NCBI GenBank assembly: GCA_964645485.1
Contig: CAZXZO010000003.1
Location: forward strand, 102,580 to 140,423
From: an uncultured Candidatus Poseidoniales archaeon
GTDB lineage: Archaea > Thermoplasmatota > Poseidoniia > Poseidoniales > Thalassarchaeaceae
Direction of reading: 5' to 3'
DNA length: 37,844 bases
Under the pieces are notes generated by a model. The model did no database searches. It was not told where the DNA came from and was given only the letters and a program-made list of their open reading frames with translations. Both the position numbers and the translations under genes were made by a program. Shown piece after piece: positions 15,087-24,036 of this stretch (position 1 is its first letter; every line of letters begins with the position of its first letter).

Positions 15087-16742
15087 TCAAGATAAGGCAG
15101 AGTAGTCAACTTCGGCTTCCTCTATCTCAATCTCATCAACATCCATCTGCGCGAGTTGCAACTTTCCACTCAACTCATCGTTGACAGCATGCCAGTAGGA
15201 ATATGCTTCAATAACCCAAATACCTGACTCTCGGGTTCCGTTTCCTGACCCCTTAACACCACCAAATGGGAGGTGGGCTTCAGCGCCAGTAGTTGAGTTA
15301 TTGATTCCAGTCATTCCAGCCTTTATTCCTGTTTTGTAGCGGTAGGCTTCTAGCCTATCATTGGTATAAATCGCACTTGAAAGGCCGTAAGGGCTGGCGT
15401 TGGCAAGATGTAATCCATGGTCAAAATCATCGGCCTTGACAATAGTTACAACAGGGCCGAAAATCTCTTCTTGGAAGCATTCCATATCTTCGGTTACATC
15501 AACGAAAACATGCGGCCACATGTAGACACCTTCACTTGCGTCTCCCAAGAATCCACCCGGTTTGTTGTCATTTGAAATTCGTCCCTTTCCGAATACTTGA
15601 GTAGCACCACTTGCAGTGCACATATCCACACCAATTAGGAAATCCTTAGCATATTTTTCCGACAACATTGGCCCGTACAGTACATCAGGATGGCGAGATG
15701 AATCGCCAATAGAAGTGGATTCTACTTTTGCCATGAACATCTCCATAAATGGCTCATAAATATCCTTGTGAACTATCAAATTACCAAGACTTGTGCAGCG
15801 TTGGCCAGCAGTTCCAAATGCCGCCCAGTAGGCTCCTTCAACAGCATTTTCGAGGTTTGCTGAAGGCATGACGACGAGTGGATTTTTGCCGCCTAATTCT
15901 AGGCTGGCTGAGACTAAATTTCTACCACAGACTTCACCGATCATTTTCCCCACAGCAGTACTTCCGGTGAATGATATTTTATTGACTAATCCTTCATCAA
16001 CTGCATCAACTAAATGTTGGCCTGCGCCACTTCCTTTACCATGTACTAAATTGATTACACCATCTGGTAATCCTGCTTCATGCATGATTCTAGCCAATGC
16101 GAATGAAAGCAGGGGTGCATCTTGTGGTGATTTCCAGACACATGTGTTTCCACACATAATTGCTGGAATCATCTTCCAGAATGGTACCGCAGCGGGGAAA
16201 TTACAAGCATTGATAATTCCACAAACACCTAATGGGCGGCGATAAGTGAACAGTTCTTTATCAGGTAATTCTGAATTGACAGTCTGTCCGTAAAGACGAC
16301 GGCCCTCAGATTGGAAAAATAGGCATGTATCAATCGCTTCCTGTACTGAACCTGCAGATTCTTTCAGAGTCTTTCCGATTTCACGGGTCTCAAGTGCAAC
16401 GATAGAATCTTTGTGCTCCATCAAAAGTCGGCCCATATTTCCGATAATCTGCCCCCGAGTTGGGGCTGGAGTCGCTGCCCAGCCTGGGAAAGCGTCCCCA
16501 GCGGCATTTAGAGCGTCATGGACATCTGATTTTGTTGACAGAGGGAACACGCCAAGGCAATCGGTTTGCCATGCGGGGTTTGTGGACTCAAACGTTCCAC
16601 CATCACTTGATTCAGTCAACTTACCATTGATGATGTTGTATCCTTTTATTTTTGGTAATCCGTTCGGATTATCATTTTCAAGGTGCTCAAGTCCTACTTC
16701 CAACACATGGGTCATGAACTGTTCGGGGGCGGTTCCATTCAT
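15087..16742 (-). CDS. NAD(P)-dependent aldehyde dehydrogenase
   Basis: Motifs I.ACNFP, WKSP, FTGSTAVG, LELGGKN (catalytic Glu), GQRCTS (catalytic Cys), EEIFGPV and PFGG.K.SG. Start 16742 chosen by promoter spacing; 16715 is an alternative. Confidence 0.93.
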   Translation of the reverse strand: MNGTAPEQFMTHVLEVGLEHLENDNPNGLPKIKGYNIINGKLTESSDGGTFESTNPAWQTDCLGVFPLSTKSDVHDALNAAGDAFPGWAATPAPTRGQIIGNMGRLLMEHKDSIVALETREIGKTLKESAGSVQEAIDTCLFFQSEGRRLYGQTVNSELPDKELFTYRRPLGVCGIINACNFPAAVPFWKMIPAIMCGNTCVWKSPQDAPLLSFALARIMHEAGLPDGVINLVHGKGSGAGQHLVDAVDEGLVNKISFTGSTAVGKMIGEVCGRNLVSASLELGGKNPLVVMPSANLENAVEGAYWAAFGTAGQRCTSLGNLIVHKDIYEPFMEMFMAKVESTSIGDSSRHPDVLYGPMLSEKYAKDFLIGVDMCTASGATQVFGKGRISNDNKPGGFLGDASEGVYMWPHVFVDVTEDMECFQEEIFGPVVTIVKADDFDHGLHLANASPYGLSSAIYTNDRLEAYRYKTGIKAGMTGINNSTTGAEAHLPFGGVKGSGNGTRESGIWVIEAYSYWHAVNDELSGKLQLAQMDVDEIEIEEAEVDYSALS

Positions 16743-16934
16743 GAATACTACGCGGGATTCTCTCTTGATTACATTCTCGGCGCCAAATTGGAAAACCATG
16801 TTAGATAATCATCCTTGGAATAATGGACTGGGTTGTAATTGGATGGTTTCTATTACCATGAAAGTGGTTGTTAGGAAAGTGCATGGTTTTTAGTGAGTCC
16901 GCGAATCCGGTGTTCTGTAGTCGGAGTGGTGACA

Positions 16935-19166
16935 GTGGCAGGGGACGATAAAAAAACACTGAGTTTGAAAGTAGCGAAAGCAATTCCTAGCGATGTTGGC
17001 CATGGTAGAGCACGAGTTCCATTTGATAATGATTTGAATCTAAAACCCGGAGATATAATCGAAATCAATGGTGATGATACTACCGCCGCGATTGTATGGA
17101 GATGTCGGCCGGAAGATGCAAACTTAGGAGTTATCCGAGTTGATGGTATTATCCGCAAGAATGCTGGTTCACAACTCGGCTCAAATGTAACCATTCGAAA
17201 AGTTGAGGCTAAGCCATGCACAAGGCTCACACTCTCCCCTGTAATGGCGTCAAAACAGAAAGTTCGGTTTGGACCGGGTATTGAGGGCTTTGCCCGAAGA
17301 GGGCTCAATAAACGGCCAGTAGTCGCTGGTGATAGAATATTCATACCCGGTATGACATTATTCGCTGAGGCACTTCCCTTCGCTATTATGTCAACAACAC
17401 CAAAGGGGATTGTCCAAGTACTCCCTGAAACTGAAATTGTAATCAAAGATGAGGCCATCGACGAAGAAATATCTCAAGGTAGCACCTCTGTAACTTACGA
17501 AGACATTGGAGGCCTAGGAGACCAGTTGCAAAAAGTACGAGAGATGATTGAGTTACCTCTCAAACATCCAATTTTGTTCCGCACATTAGGGATAGACCCA
17601 CCAAAAGGAGTTCTATTGCATGGTCCACCGGGTACAGGTAAAACAATGATTGCAAAGGCAGTGGCTAACGAAACAAATGCCCATTTCACTTCAATTAATG
17701 GTCCTGAAATCATTAGCAAATATTACGGTGAATCAGAGAAGCAATTACGTGAATTATTTGAAGAAGCAGCATCTCAAGCACCAGCAATTATCTTTATCGA
17801 TGAATTAGACAGTATCGCGCCAAAGCGTGAAGATGTTACTGGCGAAGTTGAGCGTCGAGTTGTTGCTCAATTGTTGACATTGATGGATGGCATGCAAGGT
17901 AGAGACAACGTGGTTGTCATTGGGGCAACCAATAGACAAGACGCTATTGACCAAGCATTGAGGCGACCTGGAAGATTTGACAGGGAAATCGAAATCGGTG
18001 TACCTGATAAAGCCGGTCGCCAAGAAATAGTTGATATCCACGTAAGGAGTATGCCAATCGCAGATGACTTTGACATGGAATGGGTATTAATCAACACGCA
18101 TGGATTCGTTGGTGCCGACATTTCTGCACTTTCACGCGAAGCTGCAATGAAAGCCTTGCGAAGATACCTACCTGAAATCGACCTTGATGAAGAAGAGGTA
18201 CCTCCTGAAGTCTTAGAAAAGATGGAAGTTACAATGGGTGATTTCAAACTTGCAATGAAAGAGGTCGAGCCAAGTGCGTTGCGAGAAATTTACATCGAAG
18301 TACCAGAAGTTGGTTGGGACCAAGTCGGAGGTTTAGATGAGGTCAAAGACCGACTCAGAGAAAGTATTGACTGGCCACTTACCAAACCTGAACTCTTCAA
18401 ACACTTTGGAATCGAAGCACCTCGGGGTGTGTTATTGTTTGGAGCACCGGGGACTGGAAAGACATTGTTGGCTAGAGCAATTGCTTCTGAAGCACAGGCT
18501 AACTTCATCACTGTCAAAGGGCCTGAATTATTCTCAAAATGGGTCGGTGAATCTGAAAAGGCTGTTCGTGAAATATTCAAGAAGGCAGCACAAGCATCTC
18601 CGAGTATTATTTTCTTAGATGAATTTGAGAGTATTGGTGCACACCGGTCATCAAGCAACGATGGCGATGGTGGACAAACGGTTTCAAATCGAATGGTTGA
18701 CCAAATTTTAACCTGTATGGACGGAATAGAAGCACTTGACGGCGTGGTCATCGTTGCGGCTACCAATCGCCCAGAGATGATTGACCGAGCCCTGCTAAGG
18801 TCTGGGAGATTTGAAAGAGTATTGCACATACCACCACCTGACGAAAAGAGTTGTAGAGAAATTATCAAAATTCATACGACAAATATGCCAATGGGGAAAT
18901 TTGACCCAACCGATTTCGCGAAGAAATTGAACGGTTACACGGGTGCTGACATTGAGGCGGTCTGCCGAGAAGCGGCTCTTATTACAATGCGAGCAGGCAA
19001 AAAGACCGTTACCAAGAAGCACTTTGAATCAGCAATTGGAAGAGTCAGACCTACGGTGACTCCAGATATGCTTGAGTATTACGCTAAGTTAGAAGTCAGT
19101 CTCACTAGTGGAATGGAGAGTGTGAAGAGAGGTGGAGACACACTTTCCGGTATTGAATCGGTTTGA
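16935..19166 (+). CDS. cdc48: Cdc48/VAT family AAA+ ATPase
   Basis: N-domain plus D1 ([23 protein letters not shown]) and D2 ([21 protein letters not shown]). The GTG start at 16935 follows GGAGTGGTGA. Confidence 0.95.
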   Translation: MAGDDKKTLSLKVAKAIPSDVGHGRARVPFDNDLNLKPGDIIEINGDDTTAAIVWRCRPEDANLGVIRVDGIIRKNAGSQLGSNVTIRKVEAKPCTRLTLSPVMASKQKVRFGPGIEGFARRGLNKRPVVAGDRIFIPGMTLFAEALPFAIMSTTPKGIVQVLPETEIVIKDEAIDEEISQGSTSVTYEDIGGLGDQLQKVREMIELPLKHPILFRTLGIDPPKGVLLHGPPGTGKTMIAKAVANETNAHFTSINGPEIISKYYGESEKQLRELFEEAASQAPAIIFIDELDSIAPKREDVTGEVERRVVAQLLTLMDGMQGRDNVVVIGATNRQDAIDQALRRPGRFDREIEIGVPDKAGRQEIVDIHVRSMPIADDFDMEWVLINTHGFVGADISALSREAAMKALRRYLPEIDLDEEEVPPEVLEKMEVTMGDFKLAMKEVEPSALREIYIEVPEVGWDQVGGLDEVKDRLRESIDWPLTKPELFKHFGIEAPRGVLLFGAPGTGKTLLARAIASEAQANFITVKGPELFSKWVGESEKAVREIFKKAAQASPSIIFLDEFESIGAHRSSSNDGDGGQTVSNRMVDQILTCMDGIEALDGVVIVAATNRPEMIDRALLRSGRFERVLHIPPPDEKSCREIIKIHTTNMPMGKFDPTDFAKKLNGYTGADIEAVCREAALITMRAGKKTVTKKHFESAIGRVRPTVTPDMLEYYAKLEVSLTSGMESVKRGGDTLSGIESV

Positions 19167-19271
19167 TGACCAAGAGATTTCTCAACTGAATTGCTGGTGT
19201 GAATCGGTAAATTGCTCCCATACGACTAGTCTTGATGAGAGGATTCAAGGGGTAAGGCCACCGACGCCAAA

Positions 19272-19517
19272 ATGATGACAGCAACCTTCGGGCAGGAACT
19301 GATTGGCTTGGTTGTTGTTGATTCACGGGGTGACATCCTTGGAACTGTGGCCGACTTGATGTTAGACCTGAACAGTGGAGCTGTTGGAACACTTGTAATT
19401 GAGTTGCAACCATCCCTAGATGCTACAAAATTGCCATGGCCTTCCGAAGCAGGTTTGATGTTGCTTCCAAGTGAAGAAATTGATAGAGTTGGACCTCAAA
19501 TCGTGTTAAAGCGGTGA
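19272..19517 (+). CDS. Stand-alone PRC-barrel protein (CdpB-like candidate)
   Basis: 81 aa: ELIGLVVVDSRGDILGTVADLMLDLNSGAVGTLVI...LP...I..VG..IVL. Confidence 0.85.
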   Translation: MMTATFGQELIGLVVVDSRGDILGTVADLMLDLNSGAVGTLVIELQPSLDATKLPWPSEAGLMLLPSEEIDRVGPQIVLKR

Positions 19518-19602
19518 AGCCAAAGAGATTCACCTGCGCACAACCGTATTAAGGCAGGCTCAGTCGTCAATCTGATAGACCTATGGTCTAGAGGGCGTTA
19601 GA

Positions 19603-21234
19603 GTGGCAATCACGGCGAATCAATTATTCGCACGGATGAATACTCGTCAGTTCAGGAGAGGAGCAACTCTCTTCGCTTTTTACACCGTCCTAGTTCTTCT
19701 TCTCGTAACTCTTCTGGGGAGTTTTATCAATCCTACACCATCCCAATTATCTGCTTATGATGACGATTGGGATGACATCTCAGCATTCAGGTATGACCTA
19801 AACGCAATGGGAGTAGAGACCCATAGTTTAGTCAGTAGCCCACTATTGCTCAATGAGATTGAAAATCCAGAAGAAACCGTATTCGTAATTGCTGGGGTTG
19901 AGAAAGATACCATCAGTTTACCTAGATTTACTGGTGATTCAAGTGTTGTCCAATTCAAAGAGAGCGATGGTTACACAACCAGTGAAGTTGAGGCTATCAC
20001 TTCGTTCGTAGCCAGAGGTGGAACGATCATCGTAATGGATGACTTCGGCTACAGTTCTGGGGTTGCATCTGCTTTCGGAATAGAATACAGCGGCCACAAA
20101 TTATACGATGCTGGAGCATGGACTTTGGACTACAACTACATCTGGATTAATTCAACAGATGGATACAAGTACACCTCAAATGTATCTCAGGCATGGGTCC
20201 ACCCATGTTTTGCTGACAGTGATGGAGATGGCTATGTCGACTTGATTGACCCTGACCCAGGACACCCAGGTGTACCCGGTATCATGACAATCACAGCAGA
20301 GGATGCTGGTCTGTGTGCCCACCACTTGACCGGAGATGGCAGCGCCCCGTGGGACTTCGATCCTGGATATGATTTACTTCTCAACTCGCCCTCGGCCTTC
20401 GACCCAGACCATGCAGATGATTCGGAAAAGAATCGTTATGGATTGGGTTATTCTAGTACGGATTCATACCTTGACATCAACGATGATGGTGACTTGACAG
20501 TTGGTCCTGCTGGAAGCGGATTTGAAGGTGATATGCAAGGGCCGTTCACAACTTATGTGAAGTACTGTCTATCACGGAATTGTGTTGATTCAACATCAGG
20601 GAAAGCACACTTCATATCTGACGGAAGTTTACTAATCAATACGGTTTATGATTATGAAAACAAATATGGCAATCAAAAAACAGAGATTGATTCAAACGAT
20701 AATCGAAAGTGGGCATTAGACGCAATTGCTGAAGCACTTCTAATCAATGAGAATGGAACGCTCTCTGCTAGTTCTGACGCTCAGGTGATATTCGATGAAA
20801 GCCGCCACGGTCAAACATCATTTATGGGTGACACCTACAATCTGATCTACTACGTCCTAGTCTATTTCACAAGCGATTGGATGGCTATGTTACTTCTCTT
20901 CCTAACCCTTTTCATTGCCTTTGAAGCAGTTATTATCCGCAAAACTGACCCTGAACCTTGGAGACATGTATTCAGCATCATCTACTATGGATTTGGTGAT
21001 TCACGACGCTATGGTTACTACAGTCGCGCAAACAAAGTCAAACAAGTTCTACTCTCAAGAGTTCGCAACCTAAACACCCTGACAAGAGATGAGTTTGATG
21101 CATTACCGGCCCGTGAACTTCAAAAAATGATTAACGACCCTGTATTGGTTAAGTTCGTCTTTGAAGACCGGAATTACTCACTAGAACAACTCGTTGCAGT
21201 TGTAAAGCGGGTAAAATTATGGGGGCGCAAGTAA
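19603..21234 (+). CDS. DUF4350-like membrane protein (N-terminal TM, extracellular domain, TM, cytoplasmic tail)
   Basis: Motifs DDDWDDISAFR, FVARGGTIIVMDDFG, FISDGSLLIN and VIFDESRH. Adjacent to DUF58. Confidence 0.7.
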   Translation: MAITANQLFARMNTRQFRRGATLFAFYTVLVLLLVTLLGSFINPTPSQLSAYDDDWDDISAFRYDLNAMGVETHSLVSSPLLLNEIENPEETVFVIAGVEKDTISLPRFTGDSSVVQFKESDGYTTSEVEAITSFVARGGTIIVMDDFGYSSGVASAFGIEYSGHKLYDAGAWTLDYNYIWINSTDGYKYTSNVSQAWVHPCFADSDGDGYVDLIDPDPGHPGVPGIMTITAEDAGLCAHHLTGDGSAPWDFDPGYDLLLNSPSAFDPDHADDSEKNRYGLGYSSTDSYLDINDDGDLTVGPAGSGFEGDMQGPFTTYVKYCLSRNCVDSTSGKAHFISDGSLLINTVYDYENKYGNQKTEIDSNDNRKWALDAIAEALLINENGTLSASSDAQVIFDESRHGQTSFMGDTYNLIYYVLVYFTSDWMAMLLLFLTLFIAFEAVIIRKTDPEPWRHVFSIIYYGFGDSRRYGYYSRANKVKQVLLSRVRNLNTLTRDEFDALPARELQKMINDPVLVKFVFEDRNYSLEQLVAVVKRVKLWGRK

Positions 21235-21236
21235 GC

Positions 21237-21243
21237 GAGGTGA
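21237..21243 (+). promoter_or_regulatory. Shine-Dalgarno GAGGTGA for the DUF58 gene
   Basis: 6 nt upstream of ATG 21250. The same heptamer occurs at 22502-22508 (+) and 27254-27260 (-). Confidence 0.8.
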
Positions 21244-21249
21244 TATCTG

Positions 21250-22503
21250 ATGTGGACTAGAAAGGCAGCCCTGATGATGACGTCGGGAATCGCGCTAGTT
21301 CTTATTGGAATGATGATGTCAAATTTCCAATTAATGGTCATTGGAATTGCGTTCATCTCCTTCTTGGCAATTAATGGATGGGTTGCAGGTCACGCTGAAT
21401 TACACATTGTTCGTACACTTTCTGCTGACAATTTGTACAAAGGAGATGACCTCTATGTTGAATTAGCAATCACCAACAAATCTCGCCGGCGAACTCAACA
21501 ATTGGAAATATTCGACAATGTACCTCATGAGATGAAAATGAAAAGCGGCCTCAATTACATGATGGTAAATTTAGGCGCAGGTCAGACAACTAGAATCAGA
21601 TATGTTCTGCGCTGCCCATTGCGCGGACACTTCTCTCTTGGAGCTGTCTCAATTAGACACCGCAACACCTTCAATCTATATTCAAACGAGATGTTCATTG
21701 ACCATCGCTCAGACATAATTGTATTCCCTCAAGTTCGTGATGTTGAGGAAGCAATGGTTCGAAGTAGAACACCTAAGATGTACACAGGAGCAACTACTCT
21801 GAGAACACCCGGACCAGGTACTGAGTTCTTCTCGCTACGAGAATATGTACCCGGAGACCCATTCAAGAATATCAATTGGAAAGCGTTCGCCCGCACTGGC
21901 GAACTGATGGTCAATGAAAAATGTCGAGATGCTGTGACCGATGTTTTCCTGCTTCTTGATAGCAGAGATGTTTCAAGAATTGGAACGGTGTTGAAAAACC
22001 CGTTAGAGATGGGAACTGTTGCTGCAGCATCTCTCTCAGCTTATTTCCTACAGCGTAGAGATTCAATCGCTTTAGCAGTTTACGATGATAGACTGTCATA
22101 CCTACCTGCTGATGGTGGAGATAAACAACACTTCAAGATTCTAAGTAGCCTCGCTGGAGTTGCTCCTAAGGGCAATATGCCATTACAAGCGGTTACTAAT
22201 GCATTAGCACCAAGATTCAGTCGTGGAAGTCCGGTTTTCATTATCTCTAGTTTAGAGGGAGATGGAACTGTACCACATGCTGTGCGTGACCTTGCAGGAC
22301 GCGGACACGAAGTAGTGGTTCTTAGCCCAAGTAGTATTGACTATGAGAGATTGGTAACAAGAATACCAAGGATGTCATACGAAGTAATGAAACTTGAGCG
22401 TCAGAATAGACTGACTGCATTAGCAGGGTTTGGCGCACGCGTAATCGATTGGATGCCTGATGTAGAATTATCACAGGCTCTATTACAAGTCAAGATGTTG
22501 TGA
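21250..22503 (+). CDS. DUF58 family protein (normally associated with MoxR AAA ATPases)
   Basis: Motif EFFSLREYVPGDPFKNINWKAFARTGELMVNE. N-terminal TM pair, an Ig-like region and a vWA-like C-terminus. Confidence 0.9.
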   Translation: MWTRKAALMMTSGIALVLIGMMMSNFQLMVIGIAFISFLAINGWVAGHAELHIVRTLSADNLYKGDDLYVELAITNKSRRRTQQLEIFDNVPHEMKMKSGLNYMMVNLGAGQTTRIRYVLRCPLRGHFSLGAVSIRHRNTFNLYSNEMFIDHRSDIIVFPQVRDVEEAMVRSRTPKMYTGATTLRTPGPGTEFFSLREYVPGDPFKNINWKAFARTGELMVNEKCRDAVTDVFLLLDSRDVSRIGTVLKNPLEMGTVAAASLSAYFLQRRDSIALAVYDDRLSYLPADGGDKQHFKILSSLAGVAPKGNMPLQAVTNALAPRFSRGSPVFIISSLEGDGTVPHAVRDLAGRGHEVVVLSPSSIDYERLVTRIPRMSYEVMKLERQNRLTALAGFGARVIDWMPDVELSQALLQVKML

Positions 22504-22512
22504 GGTGAATAA

Positions 22513-23748
22513 ATGGCAGATGATGTAGAACTACAAAGTGAGGGAAGTAGAACCCTTCACCTTAAGGAACTGCGCGTCCAATGGCAAGTTGTTGCTTTAC
22601 AGACAATTGCAACACTTGCTCTGATTTGGCTGTTCTTACAACTTGGATCCAATTTTGGCTCCTGTGACCCTTCACATGTGGATGGTGATGGTAACACAAT
22701 GTGGTGCCCTGCGTTGGACCATACTCTCTCACTGGACTTGTTTGAGGCTATTCTAGGAAGTGAATCGGGCGACTCATCGTATGATTTGCCTCTTGCAGAT
22801 TTCTTTACCGGACAAGGTAATGAGGGACCTGGTCGATATTACGTCCCTATCCTTATCTGTGGACTACTAACTGCTGGCTGGGTATTGCTCAACCTTCAAG
22901 CGCCACAACTGCGCAGAAAAGTGGTTCTTGGGGTTTTGATGGGCCTGATTCTATTCCTTGCTGGCCGGCTTCTCATTGGCTGGTTCTTTGGAATGATTAC
23001 AAGTTGGGATTTGTACTGGCCAATTGATTCCCCTGGCTCGGGGAGAAACCATGCCGAGACTCTCGTATATCCGTTAATTCTCTATACACAAGTGTTCATT
23101 GTTGGACTTTACTTGGTGCCAGTTTGGACAGGAATGATGGGGATCTGGGGGCTTTCTAGAAGGATGATAGGATGGTCTCTTGGAACGATTTTGATTTACC
23201 TTGGAATCCATGCCTTGCTTTCGTTTGAGGCGGTGACGGTTTACTTTGATCTTGGCTTGAATCCGATAAGTCCACAGATAAGTGATAAAATGGTTCTTGG
23301 AGGTTTGGTTTCCGAAACGATATATCCGTTATTGATGATGGCAATGTTGATGATAATTTTCTCCGAATCTGGATTTGCAGTAATACGCCAGTTGGAGTAT
23401 GCATTCAGGCTTCCTGAATCTTGCAAGAAAGACCCAGAGTATGTCACTCAATTTGATAATATGTTGAACGGCCATCTTGTCCACACAGTTGGAATCTTTA
23501 GTTTAGTGATTTTCTGTGCAATGTTAGCCCTGAAATTCGATGACTTAATCCTTGATTTAGTTGCGATATTCGGGTCCTCACAATGGAGTGGACAAGTACA
23601 AGAATCTCTTGAGTTGCAATTGACGTACGGTAAAGTAATATCAGCCATGTTGATGTTAATTTTCGTTGCCGGAATGAAATATATTTTGCCTTGGAATCGC
23701 ATTATTTCATTCGTTGAATCCAAACTACCAGATCTATCATCTGATTGA
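22513..23748 (+). CDS. Polytopic membrane protein of unknown function
   Basis: About 8-9 hydrophobic segments and a GAGGTGA RBS. Third gene of a tight operon. Confidence 0.8.
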   Translation: MADDVELQSEGSRTLHLKELRVQWQVVALQTIATLALIWLFLQLGSNFGSCDPSHVDGDGNTMWCPALDHTLSLDLFEAILGSESGDSSYDLPLADFFTGQGNEGPGRYYVPILICGLLTAGWVLLNLQAPQLRRKVVLGVLMGLILFLAGRLLIGWFFGMITSWDLYWPIDSPGSGRNHAETLVYPLILYTQVFIVGLYLVPVWTGMMGIWGLSRRMIGWSLGTILIYLGIHALLSFEAVTVYFDLGLNPISPQISDKMVLGGLVSETIYPLLMMAMLMIIFSESGFAVIRQLEYAFRLPESCKKDPEYVTQFDNMLNGHLVHTVGIFSLVIFCAMLALKFDDLILDLVAIFGSSQWSGQVQESLELQLTYGKVISAMLMLIFVAGMKYILPWNRIISFVESKLPDLSSD

Positions 23749-23756
23749 ATATTCAG

Positions 23757-24026
23757 CTAATTTGTTGCTGAAAAATGAATTATATGGGTTAGTATTCTAG
23801 CGATTGAGAATCCTAGAAAAGGAAGTCCACAAATGATTAGTGGGACCTGAATTAACTCAGGAATATCAAAATCCATAGTAAGGGCCGGGGCAATCATCAA
23901 CACCGAGGCACCAACGCAAGCAATAGATACGAATTTCTCCAACCCTGTTGGATATGCTTGTTGACCTTCAAGTTCTACCCCGGGCATTGGTTGTGCGCCT
24001 TCGCTTACGTCCTGTGAATCACTCAC
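23757..24026 (-). CDS. Small two-TM membrane protein of unknown function
   Basis: Two hydrophobic segments (FVSIACVGASVLMIAPAL; LIICGLPFLGFSIARIL). Begins 10 nt after the stop of the 1071-aa gene. Start is either 24026 GTG or 23987 ATG. Confidence 0.6.
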   Translation of the reverse strand: MSDSQDVSEGAQPMPGVELEGQQAYPTGLEKFVSIACVGASVLMIAPALTMDFDIPELIQVPLIICGLPFLGFSIARILTHIIHFSATN

Positions 24027-24036
24027 AATAAACAAC

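Noticed and set aside
15868-19413. Long shadow ORFs 16411-16893, 16871-17458, 18290-18868 and 19105-19413
   Set aside because: They are antisense to the aldehyde dehydrogenase, cdc48 or PRC genes and show typical antisense composition.
19576-19590. Palindrome TAGACC-TAT-GGTCTA before the DUF4350 gene, and GGGCC-N8-GGCCC at 30780-30797
   Set aside because: The arms are short (5-6 bp), occur once and are compatible with chance.
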